From NCBI GenBank assembly GCA_963782525.1, contig CAWAKC010000004.1:1-64000 (forward strand): a stretch of DNA of 64,000 nucleotides, read 5' to 3'. A program made the position numbers and the translations under genes. Source of the DNA: Candidatus Bathyarchaeota archaeon. GTDB lineage: Archaea; Thermoproteota; Bathyarchaeia; Bathyarchaeales; Bathycorpusculaceae. A model generated the notes under the pieces. The model had not been told where the DNA came from. It made no database searches and saw nothing but the letters and a program-made list of their open reading frames with translations. This document shows positions 39,331-50,325 of this stretch, in pieces; the stretch's first letter is position 1; each line of letters starts with the position of its first letter.

Positions 39331-40254
39331 GTGGTGCTTTTTGTGGTTGATTCTTCTGGTGAGGTTTTTGTTTTAAAAACAACCGATAGGGCAACAGGGG
39401 TTCCTGCGCTTCTAAAAAAGTTTGGTTTAGATGATTATGCAGGGAAGCAGGTGGCCGTTAAAGCTAATTTTAACAGTGCTGATCCGTTTCCAGCTTCAAC
39501 AAACTTGGAGACTTTGGGCGCCATTGTGGAAACCCTAAAAGTTGCTGGTGCAGGTGGGATAACGTTGGCTGAACGCAGCGGCATGGGCAACACCACAGAG
39601 GTCCTTGAAGAGATGGGCGTCTTTGCACTATCGCGGAAACTGGGGTTTAACGCAGTTGTTTTAGATAGCATTGGCAAAGACGGCTGGATCAAAATTAAAC
39701 GCAACAAAACCCACTGGTTAAACGGCTTCTACATGGCAAAGGTTTTCCATGACGCCGACAAAATCGTTCAAACATGCTGCCTCAAAACTCACCGCTTCGG
39801 CGGTCACTTCACCCTGTCACTAAAAAACTCTGTAGGTTTAGTTGCCAAGAAGGTTCCAGGCGGCATGTACGATTACATGTGGGAACTGCACGGTTCCCCG
39901 TTCCAAAGACAGATGATTGCAGAAATAAACAACCACTACAACCTGGACTTTGTCGTGATGGATGGGATAAAAGCGTTCGTTACGGGGGGGCCAGAAAGTG
40001 GCAAAGTCGTTGAGCCAAACCTTTTACTCGCAAGTAAAGACCGAGTAGCCATCGATGCAGTTGGGGTTGCAATTCTAAAGGTGTACGGTGCCAGAGGTAA
40101 GGTGGGTGAAGCTGGCGTTTTTGAGCAGGACCAGCTGAAACGGGCAGCCGAGCTAGGTTTTGGGGTTAAATCAGTTGATGAAATCAAGTTGATGCCTCTG
40201 AATAGTGAAAGCCAATCGGAAGTAGAGAAGATAGAACAGGTTCTAAGAGCATAA
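39331..40254 (+). CDS. DUF362 family protein
   Basis: VAVKANF, LKTH...TLSLKN, VMDG, DRVAIDA motifs. Confidence 0.85.
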   Translation: MVLFVVDSSGEVFVLKTTDRATGVPALLKKFGLDDYAGKQVAVKANFNSADPFPASTNLETLGAIVETLKVAGAGGITLAERSGMGNTTEVLEEMGVFALSRKLGFNAVVLDSIGKDGWIKIKRNKTHWLNGFYMAKVFHDADKIVQTCCLKTHRFGGHFTLSLKNSVGLVAKKVPGGMYDYMWELHGSPFQRQMIAEINNHYNLDFVVMDGIKAFVTGGPESGKVVEPNLLLASKDRVAIDAVGVAILKVYGARGKVGEAGVFEQDQLKRAAELGFGVKSVDEIKLMPLNSESQSEVEKIEQVLRA

Positions 40255-40258
40255 GTAA

Positions 40259-40933
40259 CTATGCATTGATGCCTTTTAGTATGTCTGGTTTGTCGCTGGC
40301 TATGCCATCTACACCTTTTTTAGCGTATTCTTGGGCTTCTTGAGGGGTGTTTATGGTCCAAACGATGATTTTTAAGCCGTTTTCATGCGCTTTCTGCACC
40401 ATGGCTGTATGAGTTAACCTGTAGAGTGCGACGAGATAGTTTGCTTTGAGTTCTAAAGCTGCTTTAACGGGATTGCTGTGTTTTGCATAAATCAAACCTG
40501 TCTCCACGCTCTTGTTTAGTTCTCTAACTTTCTTTAGGGCATCTTCAAGGAATGAAATGATTACAACATTTTTCTCAAGACCCCTTGCCTGAACTATCGA
40601 AAGCACCTGTTCCTCAATGCCCTTTTCCTTTAGTTCAACCAAAACTTTCACTTTCTTGTCCAAAAAATCTAACGCTTCCTTCAAAGTCGGAATCTTCTCG
40701 CCACCCTCAGCAGAAAAACCCTTAACTTGTGCAAGTGTGAGTTCGCTTACCACGCCTTCGCCGTCTGTAGTCCGCTTAACATCTGCATCATGAATAACAA
40801 CAAGTTGGTTATCTTTGGTTTTTCTAACATCCACCTCGATTGCATCAACGCCGATTTCTAAGGCTTTCTTAAAACTTGCCAACGTATTCTCGGGAGCATA
40901 GGCTCTAGCGCCGCGATGACCAATACGTAACAT
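40259..40933 (-). CDS. Glycerophosphodiester phosphodiesterase
   Basis: IGHRGA...PENT, EVDV...KD...HD, WTIN, GVDGIASD. Confidence 0.93.
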   Translation of the reverse strand: MLRIGHRGARAYAPENTLASFKKALEIGVDAIEVDVRKTKDNQLVVIHDADVKRTTDGEGVVSELTLAQVKGFSAEGGEKIPTLKEALDFLDKKVKVLVELKEKGIEEQVLSIVQARGLEKNVVIISFLEDALKKVRELNKSVETGLIYAKHSNPVKAALELKANYLVALYRLTHTAMVQKAHENGLKIIVWTINTPQEAQEYAKKGVDGIASDKPDILKGINA

Positions 40934-41253
40934 AATATAGACTTGGTTAACCTGAGAATAATATCTTGCTGAAATTCATCGGATCGATCGATCAATTGAA
41001 GCACTTATCTTTGATTGATGATACTGTTGTGTGCAGAATTGGTTTGCATCATCATCAGCATCATTATCATCTTCTCAGGAGTTCTTACTTTCGTTTCAGT
41101 TTGAGGTGTACTTGGCAATTTGGGTTGTCTTGATTGTTGCAACCGGTGTGCAGAATTCTGTTGCAGCAGCAGCAACAACTTCTCTTCCAAGTTTGTCCCG
41201 GTTATTGAACGCTTAAATATTTTCGCAGCTCACTCCAACAATGAGGAGTAACG

Positions 41254-41727
41254 ATGTCTTTTCAAGAAAAAATTGTTCTAAACCCCATAGGTTACGTCAA
41301 AACCACCACTAAAGGTGAAGAAGTCAAAGACAAAGCGTCATTGTCACAGATTGTTCTTCGCGACGATTTAGTCGAGGGTTTAAGCGGCATCTCTGACTAT
41401 TCGCATCTGTTTGTACTGTTCTACCTTAACCAAGTTACAAATGAACAAAAGAAAACCTTGAGAGTTCATCCAAGAGGCAGAATGGACATGCCCTTAGTGG
41501 GCGTATTTGTGGCCAGAACTATGCTGCGCCCAAATCCTATCGGGTTAACTTTGGTTGAACTTGTTAAAGTAGAAGGCAACGTTTTGACGGTGAGAGGTTT
41601 GGATGCTTACGATGAGACGCCAGTCTTAGACATTAAAACTTATGACTTCTGGGATATGGCTGAAAACATTCGTGTTCCAGATTGGTGGAAAAAACTTAAC
41701 AGCGAAAAACTGCAAAAACTAAAGTAG
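41254..41727 (+). CDS. tsaA: tRNA (N6-methyl-t6A37) methyltransferase TrmO/TsaA-like
   Basis: PIGYV, GVFVART..RPNPIGL, GLDAYDETPVLDIK. Confidence 0.88.
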   Translation: MSFQEKIVLNPIGYVKTTTKGEEVKDKASLSQIVLRDDLVEGLSGISDYSHLFVLFYLNQVTNEQKKTLRVHPRGRMDMPLVGVFVARTMLRPNPIGLTLVELVKVEGNVLTVRGLDAYDETPVLDIKTYDFWDMAENIRVPDWWKKLNSEKLQKLK

Positions 41728-42219
41728 TTCTCCAACGCCGTATTTGGCGTCCACAGCTTTTAGGAGTGCTTTTCGAAGGTCCTCACCCTTCAACCCCGCT
41801 GTCTTTAAAACCCCAAAAGTCTCCGCCAACCCTTCGTCCTTAACTACTTCTTTTAGCCAATTCTCAAAATCGCCTCGATAAAGATGGAATTCCAGGGAAT
41901 CAATCGTGACCTGCTTGATGAACCTGTAAAACTGCTCTATCGACAACGCTGTAAAACCCAGTGGCTTTCCAAAATCAACGTAAAAGTTAAAGCCTAATTC
42001 GTTTGGTGCTTGCATAAAAATTTTCATGGCATTTTTGCCTTTTTCCGTTAATCCGAATCCGCCGCCTACTTTGCGCAAAAACCCTTCTTTGGCGAGCTCC
42101 TGTATCTCTGCTATGGCTTGGTTTGGGTTTAGGTTTACAGCTTGTGCAAACATGGTTAGATCCATGCGGTTGGTGGCTTCGTTCATAGTTTTTAGAATTC
42201 TGACTTGTACTTCCTTCAA
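41719..42219 (-). CDS. wHTH plus DUF5752-like protein
   Basis: N-terminal wHTH; SLEFHLYRGDFENWL motif. Confidence 0.7.
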   Translation of the reverse strand: MKEVQVRILKTMNEATNRMDLTMFAQAVNLNPNQAIAEIQELAKEGFLRKVGGGFGLTEKGKNAMKIFMQAPNELGFNFYVDFGKPLGFTALSIEQFYRFIKQVTIDSLEFHLYRGDFENWLKEVVKDEGLAETFGVLKTAGLKGEDLRKALLKAVDAKYGVGELL

Positions 42220-42342
42220 GAAACTTCCGCCTCGTTGTTATGCATGATATTAGGGAAATGGGAAATTTAAATGTGTTAATGCGCTAGTTGTTAAATGGCA
42301 AGTTTTTATTTCTCTAAATCCACAAATTAACTGGGACACGGC

Positions 42343-42663
42343 ATGAATACCGAATACATCATAGTTTTTGTTACAACAGCAAATAAAGCAGAAGCTGAAA
42401 AAATCTCCCAAGCACTCCTAACTAAAAGCCTAATTGCCTGCGCCAATATCATAAACCCAGTTACTTCATTCTTTTTTTGGTCAGGCAAGATTGATCGGAC
42501 GGAGGAGTGTTTGGTGGTTATGAAGTCTCGGCGGGATTTGTTTTTGGAGTTGGTGGAGCTGTTGAAGGGGTTGCATAGTTATGAAGTTCCTGAGGTCTTG
42601 GCGCTTCCGATTGTTGAGGGTTCAAAGGCTTATTTGGATTGGATGGCTAAAGTGCTCAAATGA
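42343..42663 (+). CDS. cutA: Divalent cation tolerance protein CutA
   Basis: LIACANI, HSYEVPEV, YLDW. Confidence 0.93.
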   Translation: MNTEYIIVFVTTANKAEAEKISQALLTKSLIACANIINPVTSFFFWSGKIDRTEECLVVMKSRRDLFLELVELLKGLHSYEVPEVLALPIVEGSKAYLDWMAKVLK

Positions 42664-42875
42664 CGCTCTGTCGACTTAAATATTGTAACAACTAATATCG
42701 GAAAATCCCCTTGTGCTGTCAATAGATTCAGCTGCCAAGCTATAACCTCAACAAAGAAACCTTTGCAAGAAAAAAGAACTAAAACATTATTAGCTCAAAC
42801 ACGATAATAACCCAAAACTGCAATTTCATAATCTGCTAATAGGAGCTTTTTAGTTAGTCAACATACCTTACGAGA

Positions 42876-43892
42876 ATGTTTTTATCTCTTAATTTTGGCT
42901 CATACTACATTAGGGTAATGGGATATCAATTGCTAAGTAGAAAAAAACTAGTAGTTTTTGCTCTAATTGCAGTAATTTCCATTTCTTCAGGTATATATGC
43001 ATATTCAAATTTTATAACAAACCAAGACTCAAAGGTTGACGATTCAAACAATGATTTGCTTATTGAAAGCTTTAGTCCCTCAACAATTGGAAGTAATGTA
43101 ACTGGTGGCACATTTGTGCTCGTCAACCTCACAAACAAGAATTTTGAGAACCTAACATTAACTATTAAAATCGACGATTCAGATCTAATAATACCGAATT
43201 TACGTTTACAAATACATCTACCTACCGAGGCGCCTTTTGGTAATTATAGCGTTCCAATAACCCAAATAAGCATCGAGCCAAATCAAAATCAGACGATTCA
43301 ACTTTATCTTTATGATCCAACCCAAAATGAGACTAGTCAGCTTTATCGTACAAGTGTCAACTTACAAACTTTTAGTGCTCACATACTACGGTTCTATATT
43401 ACCCAAAAGACACTGGGAGACATAGTTAACGGTCAATCCTTAACAATTCCTCAAGAAAAGGCTTACTTACAAATCATCAGTTACAGCTCAATAGAACACG
43501 ATAATGAAACGTGGCATGAGTACTTTAACAGCAGCACAAACCGGTATGGGTATGTAAACGACCAACCTAACTTCTACCAACAGTACTATCATGCTGCCTA
43601 CTACCCAATGGAACCAGACTCTTACAGTTGGGCAAAAGCCATAAACCAAATCGGCGAACACTACTTCAATGTAACAGTATTCAACAATGGCACCTTTCCT
43701 GTGGATAAGATAGCGTTTTATTCGAGGGAAGGCGGAGTGTCATTTGCAATTGATAAGATCCTTCAACACAACGAAACCTATATTTTCCCTGTAGCCGCCA
43801 GCGGTGCAAACTGGTGGAGTGTTGAGAGCGTTAATCAACTGAGCAATTTCTATCCAGCGCAAGCCTATGCAAGTGGCGATTTGTACAAGTAG
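42876..43892 (+). CDS. Membrane-anchored/secreted hypothetical protein
   Basis: N-terminal TM after RKK; Asn/Thr-rich with many N-x-S/T sequons. Confidence 0.65.
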   Translation: MFLSLNFGSYYIRVMGYQLLSRKKLVVFALIAVISISSGIYAYSNFITNQDSKVDDSNNDLLIESFSPSTIGSNVTGGTFVLVNLTNKNFENLTLTIKIDDSDLIIPNLRLQIHLPTEAPFGNYSVPITQISIEPNQNQTIQLYLYDPTQNETSQLYRTSVNLQTFSAHILRFYITQKTLGDIVNGQSLTIPQEKAYLQIISYSSIEHDNETWHEYFNSSTNRYGYVNDQPNFYQQYYHAAYYPMEPDSYSWAKAINQIGEHYFNVTVFNNGTFPVDKIAFYSREGGVSFAIDKILQHNETYIFPVAASGANWWSVESVNQLSNFYPAQAYASGDLYK

Positions 43893-44051
43893 ACATAGTG
43901 AGTTAAACAACAGTTAAGAAACCTTGACAAGTAATAAGCGCTGTTCAGTCAAGATTAATTGGTCTTGGTCATCTTCTCGCTTTTTTACGGATTCTTGCAC
44001 AGCTCCTCAATGATCGCATATTGTCTCGAGTACACTTTTGTACTGGTAAGC

Positions 44052-44093
44052 CTTAAATAAAACATTTCAGTATACTTCTGAACCATAAGGAAG
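44052..44093 (+). promoter_or_regulatory. trp operon TATA box and SD-like sequence
   Basis: CTTAAATA at ~44052-44059; AAGGAAG at 44087-44093, 8 nt before ATG 44102. Confidence 0.55.
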
Positions 44094-44101
44094 CATGACA
44101 A

Positions 44102-45524
44102 ATGGGGAATCGCCTTTGGCAAAACACCAACACAAACCCAACACACAGTCAACCCACTAAACTACGTTAAATTCAACTACACAAACCAACCCATAGAAAT
44201 TTTCTCAAAACTCCACCAAAAATACAAAGCCGCCTACCTTTTAGAATCCATCGAAGGCCCCCAAAAACTTGCCCAATACTCGTTCTTAGGGTTCGACCCA
44301 AAAATCACTGTGACAGCCAAAAACGGAACTGTCACAACAACAAACCAGAAGACCAATCAAACCACCACCCAGCAAACTAGCGACCCCTTCAAACTCATAA
44401 AAGAGCAATTGCAACCCTACGCAAACGAAATGGTGGACTTCCGTTTTGTCGGCGGCGCATTAGGGTACATTTCCTATGATGCCATACGGTACATCGAGAA
44501 ACTGCCCAACCAAAAACCCGATGACCTCCAGTTTCCTGATTTGGAGATGGGTATTTTTGAGGACGGAATCGTTTTTGACCACACCATCAATCAGGCTTAC
44601 TATTATTTTAGACGCGAAAACCGATTAAAAGAAATCCAGACATTGGTCGATGAGCCAGCATCAGAAGAAGCACCATTCACCTACACTCAGCCAACTGTCA
44701 ACACGACAAAAGAGGATTTTGAGAAAGCTGTCGAAAAAGCCAAGGAGTATGTGATGGCTGGAGACGTATTTCAAGTTGTCCTCTCCAAACGTTTCCAGTT
44801 CCAATACACTGGCAGCCTCCTAACTTTCTACAAGAGTCTACGCCAAATCAACCCTTCACCCTATATGTTCTACTACAAATCTGACAAACGCCAAATCGTC
44901 GGCGCTAGCCCAGAGATGCTCGTCCGCATCGACAACCGAAAAGTCATAACTTTCCCAATTGCAGGCACAGCGCCCGCCACTGCAGACCACAAAGAAAACC
45001 TGCGCCTGGGCAAAGAACTGTTAAAAGACCAAAAAGAACGCGCCGAACACGTAATGCTCGTAGATTTAGCGAGAAATGACCTTGGCAGGATCAGCAAGTA
45101 CGGAAGCGTATCGGTTCCGGAGTTTATGCAGGTTCACCAGTTCAGCCATGTTCAACACATAGTTTCCCAAGTCATGGGCGACTTGCAAGAAGGATTAGAA
45201 AGTTTTGATGCCCTAAAGGCGGTGTTTCCCGCAGGTACAGTTTCGGGTGCACCCAAAGTCCGAGCCATGGAAATAATCGAGGAACTTGAGCCGTCGCGCC
45301 GTGGACCATATGCTGGTGCAGTCGGGTATTTCAGTTGCAACGGTAACGCAGACTTTGCCATAACAATACGCACCCTATTCGCTGAGGGCAATCAAGCGTA
45401 CATCCAAGCGGGTGCAGGCATTGTCGCTGATTCAGTGCCAGAGAAAGAGTGGTTTGAAACTGACCACAAAGCCAAGGCGCTTATGAAAGCGCTTGAACAT
45501 GCCGCAGGAGGCAATCAACCATGA
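44102..45524 (+). CDS. trpE: Anthranilate synthase component I; reading frame open from 44082 but first in-frame start is GTG 44310
   Basis: AYLLESIEG...YSFLGFDP encoded upstream of 44310; NPSPYM, GASPE, EHVMLVDLARND, PAGTVSGAPK. Confidence 0.9.
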
Positions 45525-46105
45525 AAGTACTGGTTATCGATAACTATGATTCGTTCGTTTACAATCTTGTCCAATACATAGGGGAACTCGGCGCAGAAAC
45601 CGTGGTTTACCGAAATGACCAAATCACCCTAACTGAAGCTGCAGAAATCAAGCCTGATCGCATCGTGATTTCGCCTGGACCTGGCAACCCCGAGGACGAC
45701 AAGTTCTTTGGCGTCTGCAAAGCAATCTTGCAAACCTTGAGCCCAACCATACCCACCTTGGGCGTTTGCTTGGGGCATCAAGGAATCATCCATACGTACG
45801 GCGGAAAAGTTGTTCACGCTAAAAAACTCATGCATGGCAAAACCTGTACAATAAAACACAACCAAAAAGCGATCTTTAGGGGTGTCCGCAATCCCCTCTG
45901 TGCAACTAGGTACCATTCGCTTGCGGGCGAACGAGAATCCATCCCCGATTGTCTTCAAATTACGGCGGAATCTGTCGAGGACGGCGAAATCATGGGCATC
46001 CGCCACGTCAAATACCCGATTTACGGTGTCCAATTCCACCCTGAATCCATTCTTTGCGAAGACGGCAAACTCATAATCAAAAACTTCCTGGAGAATAAAC
46101 AATGA
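45521..46105 (+). CDS. trpG: Anthranilate synthase component II
   Basis: IDNYDSF, SPGPG, GVCLGHQ, QFHPES. Confidence 0.96.
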   Translation: MKVLVIDNYDSFVYNLVQYIGELGAETVVYRNDQITLTEAAEIKPDRIVISPGPGNPEDDKFFGVCKAILQTLSPTIPTLGVCLGHQGIIHTYGGKVVHAKKLMHGKTCTIKHNQKAIFRGVRNPLCATRYHSLAGERESIPDCLQITAESVEDGEIMGIRHVKYPIYGVQFHPESILCEDGKLIIKNFLENKQ

Positions 46106-47160
46106 TTCGGGAAGGCATCCAAAAACTCATCGAAGCCAAAAACTTAACGTCTGAGGAATCAGGTGAAATCATGCAAGAAGTTATTTCCGGAAAAGCCACA
46201 AACGCTCAAACCGCCGCTTTTCTAACGGCTTTGCGTATGAAGGGCGAATCGGTTGAGGAACTAATAGCATTCGCTTCGGTAATGAAGAGCAGTAGCTGTC
46301 AAATTCACCCTAATGTGCATGGACGCTTAGTGGATACTTGTGGCACGGGCGGAGATAAAATAAAAACCTTCAACGTGAGCACGGCATCGGCGTTTGTTAT
46401 TGCAGGCGCTGGGGTCTCGGTCGCCAAACATGGAAACAGGGCAGTTACAAGCAAAAGCGGCAGCGCAGATGTTCTCGAAAAACTGGGTTTAAACATAAAC
46501 TTGGAACCTAAAACCGTTGAAGGCATCATAGAAAAAATCGGGATAGGCTTCATGTTTGCTCCAGCGTTTCATCCTGCCATGAAGTATGCTGGCGAAACCA
46601 GACGCGAGATCGGCATCCGAACCGTTTTCAACATCCTTGGACCCATAACAAACCCTGCATGTGCCAATGCTCAAGTACTCGGAGTTTACGATTCAAAACT
46701 GGTGGTTCCTTTGGCTTTTGCCCTTGAGAAGTTGGGTTGTCTAGAAGCGATGGTTGTTCATGGACTGGACGGATTAGATGAGATTTCCACGATTGGAAAA
46801 ACCATCATTGCACATCTAAAGAAGGGTAATGTGGCGAAAATGGAGTTGGTTCCCAGCAATTTTGGAGTAAAAACCGCAGCGATAGCTGATTTGCAGTCGT
46901 CTTCATCCGAAGAAAGTGCTGAAATTCTCTATAAAATCTTAAGTGGCAAAACCGTTGATGATGCGAAGGCAGAGATTGTGCTCGTTAACAGTGCAGCAGG
47001 AATAATCATTGGCGGCAAAGCAGAAAACTTTGCGGAAGGCATGGAATTAGCGCGAAAATCCATCGCGAGTGGAGCGGCATACAACAAACTAAAAGAATTA
47101 ATTAAAATATCAAATGGCAGCTTACAAAGACTTGAGGAGCTTGAAGCAAAATATGATTGA
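46102..47160 (+). CDS. trpD: Anthranilate phosphoribosyltransferase
   Basis: DTCGTGGD, NVST, KHGN, GSAD. Confidence 0.96.
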   Translation: MIREGIQKLIEAKNLTSEESGEIMQEVISGKATNAQTAAFLTALRMKGESVEELIAFASVMKSSSCQIHPNVHGRLVDTCGTGGDKIKTFNVSTASAFVIAGAGVSVAKHGNRAVTSKSGSADVLEKLGLNINLEPKTVEGIIEKIGIGFMFAPAFHPAMKYAGETRREIGIRTVFNILGPITNPACANAQVLGVYDSKLVVPLAFALEKLGCLEAMVVHGLDGLDEISTIGKTIIAHLKKGNVAKMELVPSNFGVKTAAIADLQSSSSEESAEILYKILSGKTVDDAKAEIVLVNSAAGIIIGGKAENFAEGMELARKSIASGAAYNKLKELIKISNGSLQRLEELEAKYD

Positions 47161-47929
47161 TTTCCTAGACACATTAGCAATGGATGCGACGAAAACAATT
47201 GACAGCGGATACTACAAAACCGCTGCGTCCACGAACAAACCGAAGGTTAGCCTAAAATACGCAATCTTGCAATGCAAAGCTAACCCAGTGATAACGGAGA
47301 TTAAAGCAGCCTCTCCCTCTCTTGGCACGATCAGAAGCCAAGTGAACCACAAAGAAATTGCTAACGCCATGGAAAAAGGCGGCGCCGTCGGCATTTCAGT
47401 TTTAACCGAGCCCAAACACTTCCAAGGCTCCCTGTCCGCACTGATTCAATCAAGAGAAGTAGTTAAACTGCCCATACTGATGAAAGACATCGTCATCGTT
47501 GCGGAACAAATCGAAATTGCAGCACAGATTGGCGCAGATGCGGTTTTGCTAATTCAAGGGCTTTTTGATAAGGGATGCTGTGAAATGAGCGTAGACAAGA
47601 CTGTAGCATTTGCCCATTCAAAGGGACTCGAGGTTTTGCTTGAAACCCACACCGCAGAAGAATTTCAAGCAGCGGCTGAAACAGACGCAGACCTAATAGG
47701 GATAAATAACCGAAATCTCGGAACCCTAAAAATCGACTTAAACACTACAAAAGAAATCCTCAAAAAAAATGGTGATTGCGGCAAAGTGGTGGTAAGTGAA
47801 AGCGGAATCAAAACACCCAAAGACCTGCGTTTCCTCCGTGAATGCGGCGCAAAGGCTTTCCTCATTGGATCGCGCATAATGTTAACTGAAAACATTGAAG
47901 ATAAAGTCAAGGAGTTTGTAGAAGCATGA
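47153..47929 (+). CDS. trpC: Indole-3-glycerol phosphate synthase
   Basis: [25 protein letters not shown]; ATG at 47153. Confidence 0.95.
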   Translation: MIDFLDTLAMDATKTIDSGYYKTAASTNKPKVSLKYAILQCKANPVITEIKAASPSLGTIRSQVNHKEIANAMEKGGAVGISVLTEPKHFQGSLSALIQSREVVKLPILMKDIVIVAEQIEIAAQIGADAVLLIQGLFDKGCCEMSVDKTVAFAHSKGLEVLLETHTAEEFQAAAETDADLIGINNRNLGTLKIDLNTTKEILKKNGDCGKVVVSESGIKTPKDLRFLRECGAKAFLIGSRIMLTENIEDKVKEFVEA

Positions 47930-49122
47930 AACTAAGCGACTACCCGGTTGACGGAAAATACGGCAAATACGGCGGACGGTTTGTCCCCGAAATTTTAATG
48001 GAAGCCATTAATGAACTAGCAGAAGCCTATGATAAAGCCAAAGCAGACCCCACATTTCAAAACCAACTAAATTATTATTTGGCTGACTTTGTTGGGCGAC
48101 CCACGTCACTCTACTTCGCTGAGAATTTGACGCGCAAATTGGGCGGAGCAAAAATCTACCTCAAACGCGAAGACCTAGCGCACGGTGGAGCACACAAAAT
48201 TAACAACACACTCGGACAGGCTCTCCTCGCCAAACGCATGGGTAAAACACGCATCATCGCTGAGACGGGCGCAGGGCAACATGGTGTAGCAACGGCAATT
48301 GCTTGCGCCGCTTTGGGTTTGAAGGCCGTTGTGTTCATGGGCACTGAAGACTGCGAACGACAACGCCTCAACGTCTTCCGCATGAAACTCTTAAACGCAG
48401 AAGTGCACCCCGTTGAATCTGGCTCAAAAACACTCAAAGACTCCATCAACGAAGCCTTCCGCGACTGGGTAACCAACCTCGAATCCACCTATTACCTGAT
48501 TGGTTCTACAATGGGTCCACATCCTTATCCCATGATTGTACGGGACTTTCAAAGCGTCATAGGCAAGGAAATCAAGACGCAGTTTAAGCAGAAGACTGGC
48601 GAGTTGCCTGATGCTTTAGTGGCTTGTGTGGGTGGAGGAAGCAACGCTATGGGTACATTCTATCCTTTTGAAGATGACAGGGAAGTGGCGCTTTATGGTG
48701 TGGAAGCTGCAGGGGAAGGTATTGAAACAGGGAAACATGCGGCAACGCTTGCCGCTGGCTCTGAAGGCGTATTCCATGGCATGTTCACATACGTGCTTCA
48801 AGATAGCAATGGGCAAATCCAAAACACCCAAAGCATCTCAGCAGGACTTGATTACCCCGGTGTGGGTCCTGAGCATTCGTTTCTCAAAATTTCCAAGCGC
48901 GCTAACTATACTTCAGCTACAGACAAAGAGGCTGTAGACGCATTCCTCACATTATCTAAGGAAGAAGGCATTTTGCCAGCGCTTGAGTCATCACACGCAG
49001 TAGCTTATGTTATGAAGTTGGCCCCTAAAATGAAGAAAACCCAATCCATCGTGGTTACGCTTTCGGGTCGCGGAGACAAAGACGTAGAAACAATCGCTCA
49101 TTACATAGGTGCAAAAATATGA
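47926..49122 (+). CDS. trpB: Tryptophan synthase beta chain
   Basis: KREDL...[27 protein letters not shown]. Confidence 0.97.
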   Translation: MKLSDYPVDGKYGKYGGRFVPEILMEAINELAEAYDKAKADPTFQNQLNYYLADFVGRPTSLYFAENLTRKLGGAKIYLKREDLAHGGAHKINNTLGQALLAKRMGKTRIIAETGAGQHGVATAIACAALGLKAVVFMGTEDCERQRLNVFRMKLLNAEVHPVESGSKTLKDSINEAFRDWVTNLESTYYLIGSTMGPHPYPMIVRDFQSVIGKEIKTQFKQKTGELPDALVACVGGGSNAMGTFYPFEDDREVALYGVEAAGEGIETGKHAATLAAGSEGVFHGMFTYVLQDSNGQIQNTQSISAGLDYPGVGPEHSFLKISKRANYTSATDKEAVDAFLTLSKEEGILPALESSHAVAYVMKLAPKMKKTQSIVVTLSGRGDKDVETIAHYIGAKI

Positions 49123-49925
49123 ACACGATAAAAGCAACTTTCCAAAAAGTCAAAGCCAAAGGCGACGGTTTGCTCATCGGTTATATCACTGGAGGAGATC
49201 CAACACCAGAGCAGACGCCGAAAATTGCAGATGCACTCATCAAAGGCGGCGTTGACATCTTAGAGTTGGGGCTGCCGTTTTCTGATCCCATTGCTGATGG
49301 ACCAACAATTCAGGCGGCAAGCCTCCGCGCCCTAAACGCCGGCACAACGCCGATGAAAGTGCTGGAAATCGCGAAAGAAATCAAGAGCCAACATGACATA
49401 CCCATCTTAGTGATGACATACTATAACCCAGTGTTCCATCTTGGACTCGACAAATTCCTTGCGTCCGCCAAAGATCATGGTGTTGACGGTTTCATTGTTC
49501 CCGATTTGCCCGTTGAAGAAGCAGATGACTACCGAAAAGCTGCGATGGAGCATAGTTTGGACACGGTTTTCCTTGCTTCCCCAGCCACCTCAAACGAGCG
49601 TCTCACCAAAATCGTTGATGCGTCATCAGGTTTCCTCTATTTGGTTTCGCGTTTCGGGGTAACCGGCGCCCAATCTGATTTGGCAGATTCAACGATGCAG
49701 CTTATCAAACGAATTCAACCATTTACGGCAGGAAAGATTCCGTTGGCAGTTGGCTTTGGAATATCAAAACCAGAGCATGTCAAACGGGTGATTGGGGCAG
49801 GAGCTGATGCAGCCATTGTTGGAAGCGCATTCATAAACATTATACAAAAAAACAGCCCAAACATGCTAAAAGAACTTCAAACAACAGCGCAAGCCCTCAA
49901 AACAGCAACAAGAAAGTCGAAGTAG
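49119..49925 (+). CDS. trpA: Tryptophan synthase alpha chain
   Basis: [26 protein letters not shown]. Confidence 0.97.
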   Translation: MNTIKATFQKVKAKGDGLLIGYITGGDPTPEQTPKIADALIKGGVDILELGLPFSDPIADGPTIQAASLRALNAGTTPMKVLEIAKEIKSQHDIPILVMTYYNPVFHLGLDKFLASAKDHGVDGFIVPDLPVEEADDYRKAAMEHSLDTVFLASPATSNERLTKIVDASSGFLYLVSRFGVTGAQSDLADSTMQLIKRIQPFTAGKIPLAVGFGISKPEHVKRVIGAGADAAIVGSAFINIIQKNSPNMLKELQTTAQALKTATRKSK

Positions 49926-49984
49926 CATGAAACTGTCTATCGCCACTGGGAAAGTTTTAAAGTCCGATTAATCCATCTATGTGC

Positions 49985-50303
49985 GGCGGTGGATCTTAGG
50001 CGGTGGGTTAGGGGTCCATTGTACCGTAAATCCTCTACATGACGGGCTAACATCTGCGGATGAGGCGTCAGTGGCCGCTTGAACTTCCATTTCCGAACCA
50101 GTGACTATCCGTCCTTTGGGGCTGGCGGTCGATGGGTGGCTTCCGTAGGGAAGTTACTTCATCGTTTAGCAGGCGAACCTGGCTAGGCTCGGGAGAGAGC
50201 AACCTAAGTTTGGACGTTATGCGCTCAAGGGGGTGCGGGTAAGAGTGTAGGGTTTGGAGGCTTCAGACGGATTCTGGGCGTCAAACCGCAGTGGTCCACC
50301 GCT
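49985..50303 (+). ncRNA. ffs: Archaeal SRP (7S) RNA
   Basis: ~320-nt GC-rich region; ends pair (GGCGGTGGA/TCCACCGCT); Alu-like 5' domain; helix-8-like TAGGCTCGGGAGAGAGCAACC; T-tract after. Confidence 0.88.
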
Positions 50304-50325
50304 ACTTATTTTCATTTTAAAAAAA

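Noticed and set aside
41005-41216. Overlapping short ORFs on both strands
   Set aside because: Low-complexity translations with no clear start signals; cannot choose a real gene.
44095-44160. Classical trp attenuator, or a leader peptide from ATG 44095
   Set aside because: That ORF has no Trp codon, the ATG abuts the SD, and no terminator/antiterminator hairpins are evident in this A/C-rich stretch.
49985-50303. RNase P RNA or a riboswitch after trpA
   Set aside because: Lacks the RNase P GAGGAAAGTCC motif; size, end pairing and the helix-8-like motif fit SRP RNA.
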